A stretch of DNA of 64,000 bases from the human T2T-CHM13v2.0 reference genome, Homo sapiens. Below, piece after piece: positions 41,353 through 55,002 of this stretch. Position 1 is the stretch's first letter. Every line of letters begins with the position of its first letter. The notes below the pieces were generated by a model. It did no database searches, was not told where the DNA came from, and was given only the letters and a program-made list of their open reading frames with translations. The position numbers and the translations under genes are program-made. The stretch is taken from NCBI RefSeq assembly GCF_009914755.1, contig NC_060932.1. One strand, given 5' to 3'.

Positions 41353-42824
41353 GAAAGACGTGAGACTTCCCAGTAGCTGGCAGTCCAGAAGTTTCCAAAA
41401 ATGTAAGAATTCTAAAATAACCCTGAGAATTTATGAGTTATGAGAGGATACACAGGATAGCCATGAAGATAATGAAGAGTAACTTGATATATGTCACTTA
41501 ATAGATTCTTCCCTCTTTTTTTCTACCCCTCAAACCTAAATGCTGTCTCCTTCCCTACTAGTTTATTTTCTTTCCTATTCAAATCCTAACCATATCCCAA
41601 ACTTCTAAGACCATCCACTAGGAATGTCTAGTAGATTGTAATTTGAATAATGTAATTAATGTTATCATATGTAAGGAAGCAAGAGATTAAATAAGTTTGA
41701 TAGCTATTTGGGTCCTTAAGTAAGAATTTACTAGGACCCATGAAACAAGCCTTAATTTAATAGGATATCACAATTAAAATTCTACATATAAAACATAAAT
41801 TAAAACAGCTAATTTTGTCAAACAAATGTAAAAGTAGTTGATTTAATGGTTTCAAAATAGAAAATCATTTTTCTTTAGCAATCAGTACATTTTAAATCTT
41901 TCCATGTAGTTGTTTTAGTTAAAGAACTATTGAAAATACTGTGGAAATACCAGAATGGCATTTTATGAAGACCTAGAGATTGAGGTATGCTTGTGTGATC
42001 AAAGTAAGGCACTAAAAATCACAGATGTATCCAGATGATAGAGAAGAAATTAATTTGAGCCCCAGAATCTGAAAAAAAAATTTCAATTGCAAGAATATAT
42101 TTACTTTTCAGCAGCAGAAGCTGGTTAGAGTAAACCTTCCAGTAAAGCTGAATGGAGTCTTGGTAAAGCTAACTAGTGGTCTTTAGCAGGTAGAAAGTGG
42201 ATAATGGTCTTTGGAGCCACCAATAACAGAATTCCTCCCTGTGTCCTCAATGATTACTACATAGATTTGATAAATGAAAGAGACAGACACTGAAATGACT
42301 TGGAATTTTAAAACTGGTGTTTCAGAAGAAGAATAAGCGAATAAGCAGCAAGATAAAGAGAGCTAACTGTTCTTATGCTTTGTGGGAGCAAGTGGAATAG
42401 CATTCCCTTCCTAGAAAATGATAATAATGCAAAAATGTAAGAGGAAACTATCACCATATGAACTTTGAAGCTGGCTCATTGAGAGTTTAGGGAAAATGTG
42501 TCTAGTATGCCTTACAGTGAAAACTTGCTTTGTGTGTGGGGGGAGGGCGGGGGGGAGGAGGGTGTTACCATAATACAATAAGTGAAAAAGAAGACTAAGC
42601 TATTTCACTTAAATTGACTACAAAAACGTAAAGAAAGTCCCGACTCACTACTAATAATTTGAATGACAGAACTCTCTTTCATTCTTTTGCTCTGAGCTTA
42701 CTTGGAATGTCAGATAATGTCATTGTGCAAACAACTCAGTCTACAACTTTCAATCTTTTCTAGTTCTTACAGCAAGCAGACCAAATACATTTTTCCCTCT
42801 ACAATCAAATTGCATTATTTCTTT

Positions 42825-43062
42825 GTTATTATTATTATACTTTAAGTTCTAGTGTACATGTGCACAAGGTGCAGGTTTGTTACATATATATACATGTGCC
42901 ATGTTGGTATGCTGCACCCATTAACTCGTCATTTCCATTAGGTATATCTCCTAATGCTATCCTTCCCCACTCCCCCCACCCCACAACAGGCCCCGGTGTG
43001 TTGTCTTCCCCACCCTGTATCCAAGTGTTCTCATTGTTCAATTCCCACCTATGAGTGAGAAC
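42825..43062 (-). mobile_element. 5'-truncated L1PA (PA3-5-like) 3'-UTR
   Basis: TTATTATACTTTAAGTTCTAG...GGTATATCTCCTAATGCTATCC...CCCACCTATGAGTGAGAAC; TSD AAATTGCATTA(C)TTTCTTT on both sides. Confidence 0.95.
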
Positions 43063-44294
43063 AAAATTGCATTACTTTCTTTCCAAAATGGTATTTGTGT
43101 ACATCCAATGTATCTTTGTAAAATTTAAGAATTTTTTACATTTTTGTATTAGCAACACTAAAAAAATTGGACCTTTTCTTATCTAATTAAAATATTTAAA
43201 GGCTCAGTGGAAATCTTTTATTTTAATTTTTGAATAGTTTATTGAATTATATTCATTATTGATTGAGATTTTTAAAAACATTCTATGCTAATGAGTAATG
43301 TGGAAGAAAAACATTACTAGATTTACATTATCCTATGATAGCAAATAGAACATTTAGATATATTCTAAATGTGGTTTTTGTTTCAAAGAAACTCATGATG
43401 ACATACTTTTGAAGATCTAAGTGCAAAATTTGAAAGAGTGGAGAGGATTCCAATCTAGGATCAGCCAGGCTCTTTTCTGGTATTCAAGTGTACTCTTTTA
43501 TCCATCAACAGAAGGTTTTTCTACTTTTACATTATAATTTCTGTAATTCATGGCAGATGATAAGTTTAAACACCATTAACCAAAATATATCTTTCCTCCA
43601 AACAAGAATAATTATTAATTTTATGTGAAGAGTGATCAGAAAAGTTTTGGAAGAATTTCTGGGTAAGATAGGGTTACATAGCTCTCAGTTTTCATGCTGT
43701 CATGGTGACTGAATACCTTCAAAATGAAAGCATGTTGGTAGAGCTGTGAAAACAAAAATGAGAGCAAGCATAATGAAGAAAGACAGCTGAGAAGTGACGT
43801 GACACAGGAGCAAGGCTCATTCTACCAGGGGTATGTGCTCAACAAAGGGCAAAAACTCTACAGGAGCTGCAGCAATAGATTCAAGGATGTAGTCAGACAA
43901 ATGTGAATTGGGCTAAAAAGATCCCAATACATCCTTCGGGAATCTAGCCACTTGGAGTTGGAAACTGGAGCTGAAGTGTTGAGGCCAGAGAAGTTTTAAG
44001 ATGCCAGGTGAAAGCTGAAGTTATGAGGTAGCAGGAAATATGAAGGAGAAGAGAAGAGCTGGCTGGCACAGAGAAGAGGGAAGCAGGTGCAGAAACAGAA
44101 GAAGGGCTCATTGGTGTTCAGTGAAAATGGTGGGGAGATAAGCTGTTTTCTAGAGCTCTTTCTGTCTAAACTCTCTGAAACTTTTAATACATGAGAGGAA
44201 ATTAGTGACTATTTCTTCTTACTGGAAAGTTTCTAAGTAGAACTGTATATTTAGTTTCTAGCATTGTCATCTTGCATTATTAACCTTCACTCTT

Positions 44295-44480
44295 TCCTTT
44301 ATCCAATCAGTAAGTAAATATTTGTTGATCATCTAATATATGAGGAGCATTTTACAGGCATGGGAAATTAACCAAATAAGAAACAGTCTTGTTTTTGAGG
44401 TGCTCATGATCTGGGACAGGAGACCGTTGAGCAAATAGCTAATTACCGCACAGGAGGGAGGAGGAACCTTAATCAAAACT
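44295..44480 (-). mobile_element. L2 3' fragment
   Basis: AAATATTTGTTGATCATCTAATATATG...ACAGGCATGGGA...GTGCTCATGATCTGG. Confidence 0.55.
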
Positions 44481-45689
44481 GGCCATCTGCCTTAATGGGA
44501 GGGAAAGGGTGCAAGGGTAACAATATCCAATTCTGTCACCTTCAAACCAAGTATAAACTCATTGAAAGAAAGTACAACTTTTATGTCTTTTTCAATATCT
44601 GATGCACATCACGGAATCCTAAATATTTTAGGCTGATACTACTAATATTGTGATTTTTGAAAATGTTTCCTCAGGCCATCTAGTACTCTACCATCTGATG
44701 AATAAGCATAAGGGAAAGAATGTAGTTTCTCAGATCAACATTACTGTTCTTAGATATTTCACACTTAAAGTTAAATCGATAATGCAAGAATGACGTATCT
44801 CTTCAATAAAGTCCCTGGACCTTCTAGGTTTGCTTAATCATATTCTGTGATTTTTTATTAGTTAGTATAAAAACTTCATCTAATAATTTGTGCCTGCTTT
44901 TCTGCATCTGTTTATGCACTAACTGTACACAAACATTTGATTCAACTAAAGCAGTGTGAACATTTTGTTCAGGGCTCAACTGATATTATTAAAATTATGA
45001 GTTATTTAGATTTGATTACTTAAATTTGAATAGTAAAGATTTCAAATGTTCTGTGTTTTGAAAAATGCACTGTTTTCTTATTTTTAATTGTAAGACATCT
45101 ATGTGGGCTAAAAGAAAGTTTAATATATTTCCATGAACAGGAAAAAAAAACGTCTGCTTGCTTTCTCCTAAAAACTCTATGTGACTAAAAATGCATCTAA
45201 GAATAACATTAGTAAAGTAAATGCAATGGGCCATAATAAGAAAAAAGATTACATCTGGTAAAAGGTCACACCATGGATTTCACTCGATTAGCAATGACAA
45301 TCTTTATTATTTCCTCCTATTTGCCCCACACAAGCTGTAATTAAAATTATTTCATCTACCCCAAAATACAACTTAAATATGTAGGAAACAAATCCTATTA
45401 TCATTAAACTTCTTTTGCAGTGTTAAGCCTTCATAACTTTTATGAAAAGGGAAATAAAATTTATTAGATTTACATAAGTCACTTAATTTTTGCTTTCATT
45501 TATAAATATCATCTTATTCTATCATTCCAAGATTTCACACAATTTTATTAAGAGGAGTGACACTAAAATTTCTAAAGATGTTTCTGGAACCATTTTGGAG
45601 AATGGATTAGGGTTGTAGGGAAACAAAGCAAGAGATAACTGTATTTTAATTATCCAAGTTAGAGAAAAATTCATGAAGTAATATTAAAA

Positions 45690-45810
45690 ACCATGACGGC
45701 ATGTAAAATATTAACATTCAGGGAATCTGTGTGAGGGTACATGGGAACTCTATACTATTTTACAAATTATTGATGATCTTACATAGTTTCAAAATATAAG
45801 TTAATAAAAT
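45690..45810 (+). mobile_element. L1MC/MD-like extreme 3' end
   Basis: ATGTAAAATATTAACATTCAGGGAATCTGTGTGAGGGTACATGGGAACTCTATACTATTTT...TTTCAAAATA. Confidence 0.65.
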
Positions 45811-48089
45811 GATTAATCAATAAGCTTAGGTGGTAAATGAGAGCTTTGGCAGATACAAGTTTAAAATGAACAAAACTGGGGAAATACACTCATATTAAAC
45901 ACATTCAAAATAAACACTAAGTCTCAAAATGCCTAGAAATTCTGCATTTTGTTTAGCATATACATATGAAAAGTATTTTGAAGTATATCACATTTTTGTC
46001 TTTGCAATTATACTGTAATGAAAAGGTACATTTCCAGACAAGGATGCTGTGTCAAATATGGCATAGATAAAAGAAACAATTCATTCATGTTGATAAGAAA
46101 ATACATCTTGTAAAAGTAAAAGGAATTATTAAATTACGCTCAAAATTGCTACAAAGTCAGAAAAATGATCTGAAATCATTGATTTTATGATGACTTCTGT
46201 ATCGCACTGTAAACATACAACATTACAAAAACCAAATGCTATCTAAATTTGATCTAAAATTAAAGTTATTTGAACGAGATCTACTTTTGATTTCTTTTCA
46301 TGCTTCAGATCAAATAAAACCATTTCCTTAGCATATAGAAATTATTACTAAATAAAATTTTAATGAAAAAAAAACCTGAAAGGAATTTTAGAGGAATTTC
46401 TATAATTTAAGCCAACTGAAAATCTCCAAAATGGTTTTGACTGGTGATTTTTTTTCCCTTGGGTAGCATAGAAATAGAAGCACTTAAACATAATTCCTTT
46501 GACCCTGGTATATGCTGCTCAAAGCAGTCTGTGTGTCCATGTATAAGTGTAGAAGATCATGAGGAATATTTTAACAAAACTAAGGGCTTTCCATTTTTTT
46601 CCCATTCAACCTTAATTTCATCATGAGTTAATGTGAAGATATAAGTGCCACAAAAAAGAAAATAGCAACTATTATTTTAATACTTGTTAGTCTTCAGTGT
46701 TGAGCAGAGAAGTGACCTGCTATAAAGCATTTTCATCACTAGGAAGCTATAAAAAATTAAGTAGGTCTTAAGCCAAGATTCTATAAAAAGGAAATTCAAA
46801 ATACCTTCTTTAGAACTACAAAGGAAGGATGAATTGCATGAGTTATGATTTTAACACAAGCCAGGCAATGCAATTGTTCCTGCTGCTGACACAGCCCCAT
46901 CATGACTCTAACAGCTCTTCTGAATACCCAGCAGTATTCACTATCCATCTCCTGGTTAAAGATGTCCACTCTGTAAGCTCTGCAATAGAGTTATCTCCTG
47001 CAGGACTTCAGAAGTCTAATCAGAGTCTACTGACTCTCATTATAACTAATTTCTGTCATCTTGGGAGCACACATGAACTGCATTTCTTCACTATCACTTC
47101 ATTTTCAAGACCAGGGTGGGGGGTCGTCTAGTGCAGTATCATTGCATATCTCTGTCTAAATATGACAACCACATTTCCACTCAGTTTTGGGGCAACCTAT
47201 GTCAATGTGGGGACTCTCTACAAGGCACTTTGCTACAAAAGATCCAAACAAGACAGAGAAAAATAATTACAAGTTATAAGCTATTTCTTCAATAAAGATA
47301 ATATTTCAATATTTGGCCTCATTCTTCCCCTAGGGAAGTTTGAGAACCCTAGTATCTGACTTTCTTCTCTTCTCTTTCTTTCTTTTCTTTTTTTTTCACT
47401 TCTTGAGCTCTTCTCCTGGAACAGTTGAATGTCTCTTTACTTTCTCCTTCCCATCCATCAGAGATTTAATACTGTTCTCTATCTCTCACTATGACTTACT
47501 AAAAGAAAACATACTAATAATATGAGCTTTATCATGCTCAACTGTGTCATTGAATGTTCCCCCCTCATGTAAGGTTTGTACAGGGAAATTGCTGCCATGA
47601 TAAAATGTGTTTGTGAACGCTAAAGAGCTGTTATACTTTCTATAGAGAAGATATAAATGTGAAAGTGTGAATTCCATATCCTTATCAGGAGGAAGGTGCA
47701 TGGAGAAATGAATCGATAAAAATAGAAAGAGACCCTCTATCTCCAGGTACAACTCTTTCGTTTGCTTTGCTTTGTTTTATCCATCACATATATTTTTAAC
47801 TGAGTCATACATCTGATTGCTGTACTCTCCATTCTAAATGATTCAAGATGAATACCACTAACGTTAATTAGGCCCACTGGACATCTTTCACTGTGAGAGA
47901 ATATAATTTTAAAGTATATGTATAGATGTTCTATCTGGTGCATATTTCGAAATATCCATTCTCTGCTGTTAGAATAATTATAATTATTGAAACATGTCAG
48001 CTTGTCCCCATCCTACATTTGTATTTGCTATTTTAACTTATTTTTATCATGTCTCTGAATGCTTTTGATGTTTAGTGAAGGCAATCCTT

Positions 48090-48750
48090 AAAATGGATTT
48101 TTTGTGCACAACTTTATGTCAGGCTGTATTTAAATCTTTGAGAATAGAAATATAAATAACACACAGGGCTTGTTTTAAGAAACTCTACAGTCAAGTGGGA
48201 ATGAATAAAACATCAACACATGTATTCAATATGATGTAAATGAAGCAAGAGTAGAACATTCTAGATGCCATGGGTGAACCAAGAGAAACTTAACCCAACC
48301 TGTGGAAGTGAGGACTGTGGCCCTCTTCTAGGGTTTCTGTGGTGAAATTACTAACATAAGAAAAGTTGTTTGTGAACCTAAATAGCTGATATACTTTCTA
48401 TGGAGAAAGTGTCAGAGCAAATGTTAGAAGAATAATTATAACTTTTCTCCTTAAGCATAACACAATAAGGCCTTTCTTGTAAAAGCAAAAGCATCTACCA
48501 GCAGCTGTTTATTACTGGAGCATAAAATCTTGGCTATTGAGTGGTGTAAGTGAGGCAGAAGAGTTAGGCATGAATTAGGTTGTAAAAGATGCTATATGCT
48601 GTGTTAAGGAGCCAGCTGGACTTTATCTGTTAGGCAATGAAGAGTCTTACATATATTTTAAGATAGACCAAGTGTGCATTCTAGATGGTTCCCTCTAATT
48701 GCAATAGGAAGGGTGGATTTGAAGTAGGTCAATTAGAAAGCTATTTAAAT
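48090..48750 (-). mobile_element. L2 fragments (approximate bounds)
   Basis: TATGTCAGGC...AACTCTACAGTCAAGTGG and GGACTTTATCTGTTAGGCAATGAAGAGTC...GTCAATTAGAAAGCTATT. Confidence 0.5.
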
Positions 48751-48752
48751 TA

Positions 48753-49181
48753 CGTGATGGTTAATTTCATGTGTCAGCTTGGCTGGGCCAAAGTACCCAG
48801 ATATTTTGTCAAACACTGGTGTTCTGGTGCTGAAGAAACATATTTCAGATAAGATCAACATATAAATCAACAGACTTTGAGTAAAGCAGATTATCTTCCA
48901 TAATATGAGTGGGCCTCATCCAATCAGTTAAAGAATTTAAAAGAAAGAAGACTGACTTCCCCAGAGGAAGATAGAATTCGGCCAGCAGATTATCTTCGGA
49001 CTGGAACTAAAGCATCGTATCTTCCCTGGGCCTCCCGCCAAATGGCCTAACCTGAAGATTTGGGACTTTTCAGCCTCTAATACAAAACCATGTGAACCAA
49101 TTCTGTAACATCTCTCCTTGTCTCTCTCTTTCTATATACATCCTATTGCTTCTGTTTGTCTGGAGAACCCTGATTAATAAA
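48753..49181 (+). mobile_element. MLT2 (MLT2C/D-like) ERVL solo LTR
   Basis: GTGATGGTTAATTTCATGTGTCAGCTTGGCTGGGCC...GAGTAAAGCAGATT...GTGGGCCTCATCCAATCAGTT...CTGGAGAACCCTGATTAATA. Confidence 0.9.
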
Positions 49182-49334
49182 AAGAACTATAGAAGAGACC
49201 ATGTAAATGTCCTCAATAAAATTAGGGAACTCAGGGGTCAGGGAAGGCTAGGGAGAAAAGGAGGCAAGTTTTATTCTGGGCAACTTCCAAACAAGAGGAT
49301 ATTGGGGAAGATTGGTGGGGTTCTCCAGCAACTG

Positions 49335-49676
49335 TTTTTTTGTTTGTTTGTTCGTTTTTCATTTTTTGCTTTTTTTTAAACTTATTTTAAGTTCAGGGGT
49401 ACAAGTACCGGTTTGTTACATAGGTAAACTTGTGTCATGGAGGTTTGTTGTAGAGATTATTTTACCCTCCAGGTATTAAGCCTAGTAGTTGTTATTTATT
49501 TTTCTTGATCTTCTTCCTCCTTCCATCCTCCACGCTCTGAAGTCCCCAGTGTGTGTTGTTCCCCTCTATGTGTCCATGTGTTCTCATGATTTAGCTCCTA
49601 TTTATAAGTGAGAACATGAAGTATTTGGTTTTCCATTCCTGTTAGTTTGCTAAGGATAATGGCCTCCAGTTCCATA
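49335..49676 (-). mobile_element. L1PA (about PA11-13-like) 3'-UTR fragment
   Basis: TTTTAAGTTCAGGGGTACAAGT...ATAGGTAAACTTGTGTCATGG...TTAGTTTGCTAAGGATAATGGCCTCCAG. Confidence 0.9.
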
Positions 49677-50045
49677 CCAGCCTGGAATGCAGAGATGTCA
49701 GATAGAAGTCCTTTGTTGGCTTGTTTGCTTTAATTTAAAAATAGAGGTGGACCAGTAGATGAGATCACCTAGGAAGAACATGTACAGTGAAAAGAGAAAC
49801 AGGTGAACACAACACGCTGAGACAAAATTTAAGAAGCCTGACAAGGAAAAAGCCTATAAAATAAACTATGAAGAATTTAAAATTCAAGGGAAATCCAGAG
49901 GAAATGACATAAAATAAACTAATCTATCCTGGCAGAGAAGGTCCTTTGTGTATGTATACTATGACTCTGCAGTGCACAATGCTTTTCGTTCAAAGATTGG
50001 TGCTATGTTTTTACTCCTGGAAAATAATGGCTATTTTCTCTGCTT

Positions 50046-50082
<37 letters not shown>

Positions 50083-50811
50083 TTCTGTCTTTTTGTTAGG
50101 TTTATAAATTATTATCAATCTCTGTCTTGGTGTTGACCTTTTTTTCATTAGAGGTATCATGAGTATTAATATCTACTATGAGAATTTTTATGGCTGAATA
50201 TTACCTTTCTAATACAAACTTTCACCTGCCTTTGAGTTTTTTGCTTTGTTTCTTATTTTAAAAATTTATATTCTAGACTGGATATCTGTTACATTATATC
50301 TCTATATCTTTCGTCTTTACAATTTTTATCAAACCCTTCCACAGATTCCCAGATTTTGGGGGTTGTTTCAATGGCTTTATTTCTGTCTTATTTATTTAAA
50401 TTTTCTCCAAAAATAGCTATATTTTAGTGTATGCAACTTGATCACATTTTCACTTTCTGTTTAACTACTTTGATTAATTTCATAATGTCCTTATGTTAGT
50501 GATCACATATCTTATTACATAATTCCTTTGATTTTATATTGAGGATAGTAGTCATTTGTAAGGCGTTCTGCTTCATAAAATAATTATATTATCTCATGGA
50601 AAGAATTTTTATCCTCATAAGTAGTACATTATTCTTCTCTTGTAAAATAAACTTTTTACTTGTCACATGTTCAATTTTGGAGATTTTCTTATTCATGAAC
50701 AAAGAAATATTTATATTTGCCTTAACTGTTCTTTACTGCTTGTTATGATTGTTTAGTTGATGTTAACTTCATTTTTTCACAGTTATATCAAAACAAGTAA
50801 TGTTAATGTTC

Positions 50812-50950
50812 TTATGTATATATATGTATATATAGAGATGAGAACATATATATGTATATATGTATATATAATACATAAGAACATTAACATATGTGTATAT
50901 ACAAAAACACAACACAAACACACACATATATTATATATATCAGATATAAA
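50812..50950. repeat. TA/CA low-complexity tract
   Basis: Read directly. Confidence 0.85.
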
Positions 50951-50974
50951 TAAACAGGTGTAATTTTCTCTAAT

Positions 50975-52090
50975 TTTATTTTTTAAGTTCCGGGATACAG
51001 GTACTGAATGTGTAGGTTCGTTACATAGGTATACACGTGCCATGGTGGTTTGCTGCACCTATCAACCCAAGATCTAGGTTTTAAGCTCTGCATGCATTAG
51101 GTATTTGTCCTAATGCTCTCCCTCCCCTTTACCCCCACTCCCGGCAGGCCTTGATATGTGATGTTCCCCTCCCTGTGTCCATGTGTTCTCATTGTTCAGC
51201 TCCGAGTGAGAACATGAGGGGTTTGGTTTTCTGTTCCTGTGTTAGTTTGCTGAAGATGACAGCTTCCAGCTTCACCCATGTCCCCGCAAAGGACATGAAC
51301 TCATTCTTTTTTATGGCTGCATAGTATTCCATGGTGAATATGTGCCGCATTTTCTTTATCCAGTCTATCATTGATGGGTATTTGGGTTGGTTCCAAGTCA
51401 ATGCTATTGTAATAAACATATGTGTACATGTGTCTTTATAGTAGAATAATACATAATCCTTTGGGTATATGCCCAATAATGGAATTGCTGGGTCAAATGG
51501 TAGTTCTGATTCTAGATCCTTGAGGAATTGCCACACTGTCTTCCACAATGGTTGAACTAATTTACACTCCCATTAACAGTGTAAAAGCAGTCCTATTTCT
51601 CCACATCTTCTCCAGCATCTGTTGTTTCCTGACTTTTTAATGATTGTCATTCTAAATGGCATGAGATGTTATCTCATTGTGGTTTTGATTTCCATTTTCC
51701 AATGACCAGTGATGATGAGCTTTTTTCCATATGTTTGTTGGCCACAAATATGTCTTCTTTTCAAAAGTGTCTGTTCATATCCTTTGCTCACTTTTTGATG
51801 AGGTTTTTTGTTTTTTTCTTGTAAATTTGTTTAGGTTCCTTGTAGATTCTGGATATTAGCTCTTTGTCAGATGGACAGATTGCAAAAATTTTCTCCCATT
51901 CTGTAGGTTGCCTGTTCACTCTGATGATATTTTCTTTTGCTGAGCAGAAGCTCTTTAGTTTAATTAGATCACATTTGTCAATTTTGGCTTTTGTTATTAT
52001 TGCTTTTGATGTTTTAGTCATGAAGTCTTTGTCCATGCCTGTTTCCTGAATGGTATTGCCTAGGTTGTCTTCTAGGGTTTTTATAGTTTT
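50975..52090 (-). mobile_element. 5'-truncated LINE-1 (L1PA7/8-like): ORF2 C-terminal remnant plus 3' UTR
   Basis: ORFs 51788..52036 ([12 protein letters not shown]...[10 protein letters not shown]...QPTEWEKIF) and 51189..51548 (WKTVWQFLKDL...PFDPAIPLLGIYP) are L1 ORF2p; disrupted. Confidence 0.96.
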
Positions 52091-52689
52091 CTTTCTAATA
52101 TCTTAACCCTCATTTATAATCCCCAAGAAATGCAGAGATTACATTTGCCTCTTTCATTTCATCCCCACCAGGAGAAAAGGGCACTATCAACAAAATTGCA
52201 GAATTATGGAATAAAGAAGAAGATGAAAATTCTTTTATTCACTAATGACTATTTAGTATATTTTGGAAAAGGAACAGAGAAACAAAAGGAAACCTTACAG
52301 AGACACTTTAACTAAATTTTCTATCCTGTACTAATATTTGGCCTTAAAAGCATAAAGGAGATTTGTCCATCCTGTTACTTAGAGCACCGAGCTATTTATA
52401 CACAGATTCTATTTCCTATTTCTGAACTAGGGGCAGTAAGGAAATAGATTGTGGACTCTCTTAAACCAAATTGGTGTTCCTGGCACATAGTTTTAAAAGC
52501 TACTACATCACTTCTCTCCATTAATTAGGATAATTGTAGAAACTTTTGCAGTGTTTTGGTTTATGTGTTTTTATTTGCATTATTTTGGGTTGTTATCATG
52601 GATTTTTTATTGGTGTATTTCATATTTTAAAAAAAAATCTGAAACAGCCATCATTTTTAGATCTCTCTGCTAAGGGTGCTATTTATGTT

Positions 52690-52860
52690 TAATCATCAAA
52701 GTATCCAATGAGTTAGCTACTATTACCTTTTTTTTAACAAATGAAGTTAATAACACTGACATATATAGGGCCTTAAAAACTTCTTCAAATTCATTCAGCT
52801 AGAAAGGGGGAAAACCAGTGATTGTAAACAAGCTTAAGTACAAAAACTGAGCTATTACAC
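52690..52860 (-). mobile_element. MIR fragment
   Basis: TCCAATGAGTTAGCTACTATTACC...TTTAACAAATGAAG...TCATTCAGCTAGAAAG. Confidence 0.45.
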
Positions 52861-53912
52861 TCTGTGTTATATTGACTGGTTTTACTTTAATCTGTCTGTT
52901 CTGCTTGGATATTTTATTTAGGAACATTGGCACCATTATATGTAATATAACATAATTATATATTACATGTATTTTCACAATTATTCTAAGTATGATTAAA
53001 ATAAAACTATGTAAGTACTTCAGAATGCTTTGGTTTCTTGCTCCTAATACTGTACTAGTGTGATTATATACTTTGACTTCTTTCAGACTTTCTCTATTCA
53101 GACTCCTCCTAGAAATTTGTTCAAATATTCTTTCTAATCTATTATTTAACTTTCAAAATTGTGATGTATATTAATTATGGTCTGGACATTTCTAAGTATC
53201 CTGTAACTCTGCTGAGTTCTTAAAACACAGTTTGCCCTTCACTAAAATCATTATTACATGATTGGGTAAAAATGAAGTCTAGACAGCCTCCATCATTATC
53301 CTGGAAAAGTAATTTAAAATACCCAGTTCACCCACAAGTCACAAGGGCACAAAAAGTATTGTGTAAAGAGACCAAATCTCCTTCCTTGTCCATGGTGCTG
53401 TAATCACTTAAGATAAATTTCTCAAGGCCATCTTTAGGTTTGATCACAACAGATATTTACTGTAAAAACTGAGGAATCACGGATCCTACTTGGCCATCTT
53501 AGTTAAGAACTTGGACTACACTGGTTATTTAGTACGGGCAAGGCAAGATCTTTAAAATTATCACCTCTCTATAAAATAATAAATGAATAAATAATCTTAG
53601 ATCTATCCAGTAAATTACACACAAGTACCATAGTAATATAGCATTTTCGGACTGAGTTCAAATTCTGTTTGACTACATATTTGACTACTTAGTAACTGTG
53701 TGCCTGATTTGATTACAGAATTTGAAAGACAAGATGAATTACTGTTAAATACTCTTAGAGATGTGTTATGGCCCATCACCAGTGTTTGTGAGAATGGAGT
53801 GGTTACCTACCCCAAAGCTTCACCTATCAGCAGATGTAAGGAGCCCCGAGCACAGAGTAATTATTTGTAAGAGGGCTTTAATGGTGATTTCCCAGAAATA
53901 TTAAAAAACACT

Positions 53913-55002
53913 TGTTGTGGGAAGTCAGGGACCCCAAACGGAGGGACTGGCTAGAGCTGTGGCAGCGGAACATAAATTCTGAAAATTTCATCTTAATATG
54001 GACATTTATCAGTTCCCAAATAATAATTTTATAATTTCTTATGCCTGTCTTTACTTTAATCTGTTAATCTTGTTATCTTCATAAGCTGAGGATGTACATC
54101 ACCTCAGAACCACTGTGATAACTGTGGTAACTGTACAAATTGATTGTAAAACATGTGTGTTTGAACAATATGAAATCAGTGCACCTTGAAAAATAACAGA
54201 ATAATAGCGATTTTTATGGAACAAGGGAAGACAACCATAAGGTCTGATTGCCTGCGGGGTCGGGGAAAAACAGCCGTATTTTCCTTCTTGCAGAGAGCCT
54301 ATAAACGGACGTGCAAGTAGGAGAGATATTGCTAAATTCTTTTCCTAGCAAAGAATATTAATATTAATACCCTGGGAAAGGAATGCGTTCCTGGGGGAGG
54401 TCTATAAATGGTCGCTATGGGAATGTCTGTCTTGTGCAGTTGAGATAAGGACTGAGATACACCCTGGTCTCCTGCAGAAACCTCAGGCTTACTAGGGTGG
54501 GGAAAACTCCACCCTGGTAAATTTGTGCTCGACCGGTTCTCTGCTCTTGAACCCTGTTTTCTGTTCTTTAAGATCTTTATCAAGACAATACGTGCACCAC
54601 TGAACATAGACCCTTATCTGTGGTTCTGCTTTTGCCCTTTGCCTTGTGATCTTTCTTGGGCCCTTATCAGTAGTCCTGCTTTTGCCCTTTGTCCTGTTCC
54701 CTCAGAAGCATGTGATCTTTATTAGACCCTTATTAGCGGTTCTGCTTTTTGCCCTTTGAAGCATGTGATCTTTGTACCTACTCCCCGTTCTTACACCCTC
54801 TTCCCTTTTGAAACCTTTAATAAAAACTTGCTGGTCTGAAACTCAGGCGAGCATCAAGTCCTACAGATATGTGATGTCACCCCTAGCGGCCCAGCTGTAA
54901 AATTCCTCTCTTTGTACTGTCTCTCTTTATTTCTCAGCCGGCTGACACTTATGGAAAATAGAAAGAACCTACATTGAAATATTGGGGGCATGTCCCCCAA
55001 TA
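53913..55002 (+). mobile_element. MER11 (HERV-K11/HML-8) solo LTR, complete
   Basis: TGTTGTGGGAAGTCAGGGACCCCAAACGGAGGGAC...GAAATATTGGGGGCATGTCCCCCAATA; perfect 6-bp TSD AACACT (53907-12 / 55003-08); 1090 bp. Confidence 0.96.

Noticed and set aside
43620-44140. Purine-rich segment, possibly an old MLT1/LTR remnant
   Set aside because: I could not identify termini or match a consensus with confidence.
46829-47131. 100-aa ORF in unique sequence
   Set aside because: No recognisable domain, coding-like composition or supporting exon structure; this length can arise by chance in 64 kb.
51189-52036. 119-aa and 82-aa minus-strand ORFs
   Set aside because: Broken L1 ORF2 fragments; no RT/EN core or promoter.
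54610-54775. Three spaced direct repeats, superficially CRISPR-like
   Set aside because: Internal tandem units of the MER11 LTR in primate DNA; no cas genes or unique spacers.
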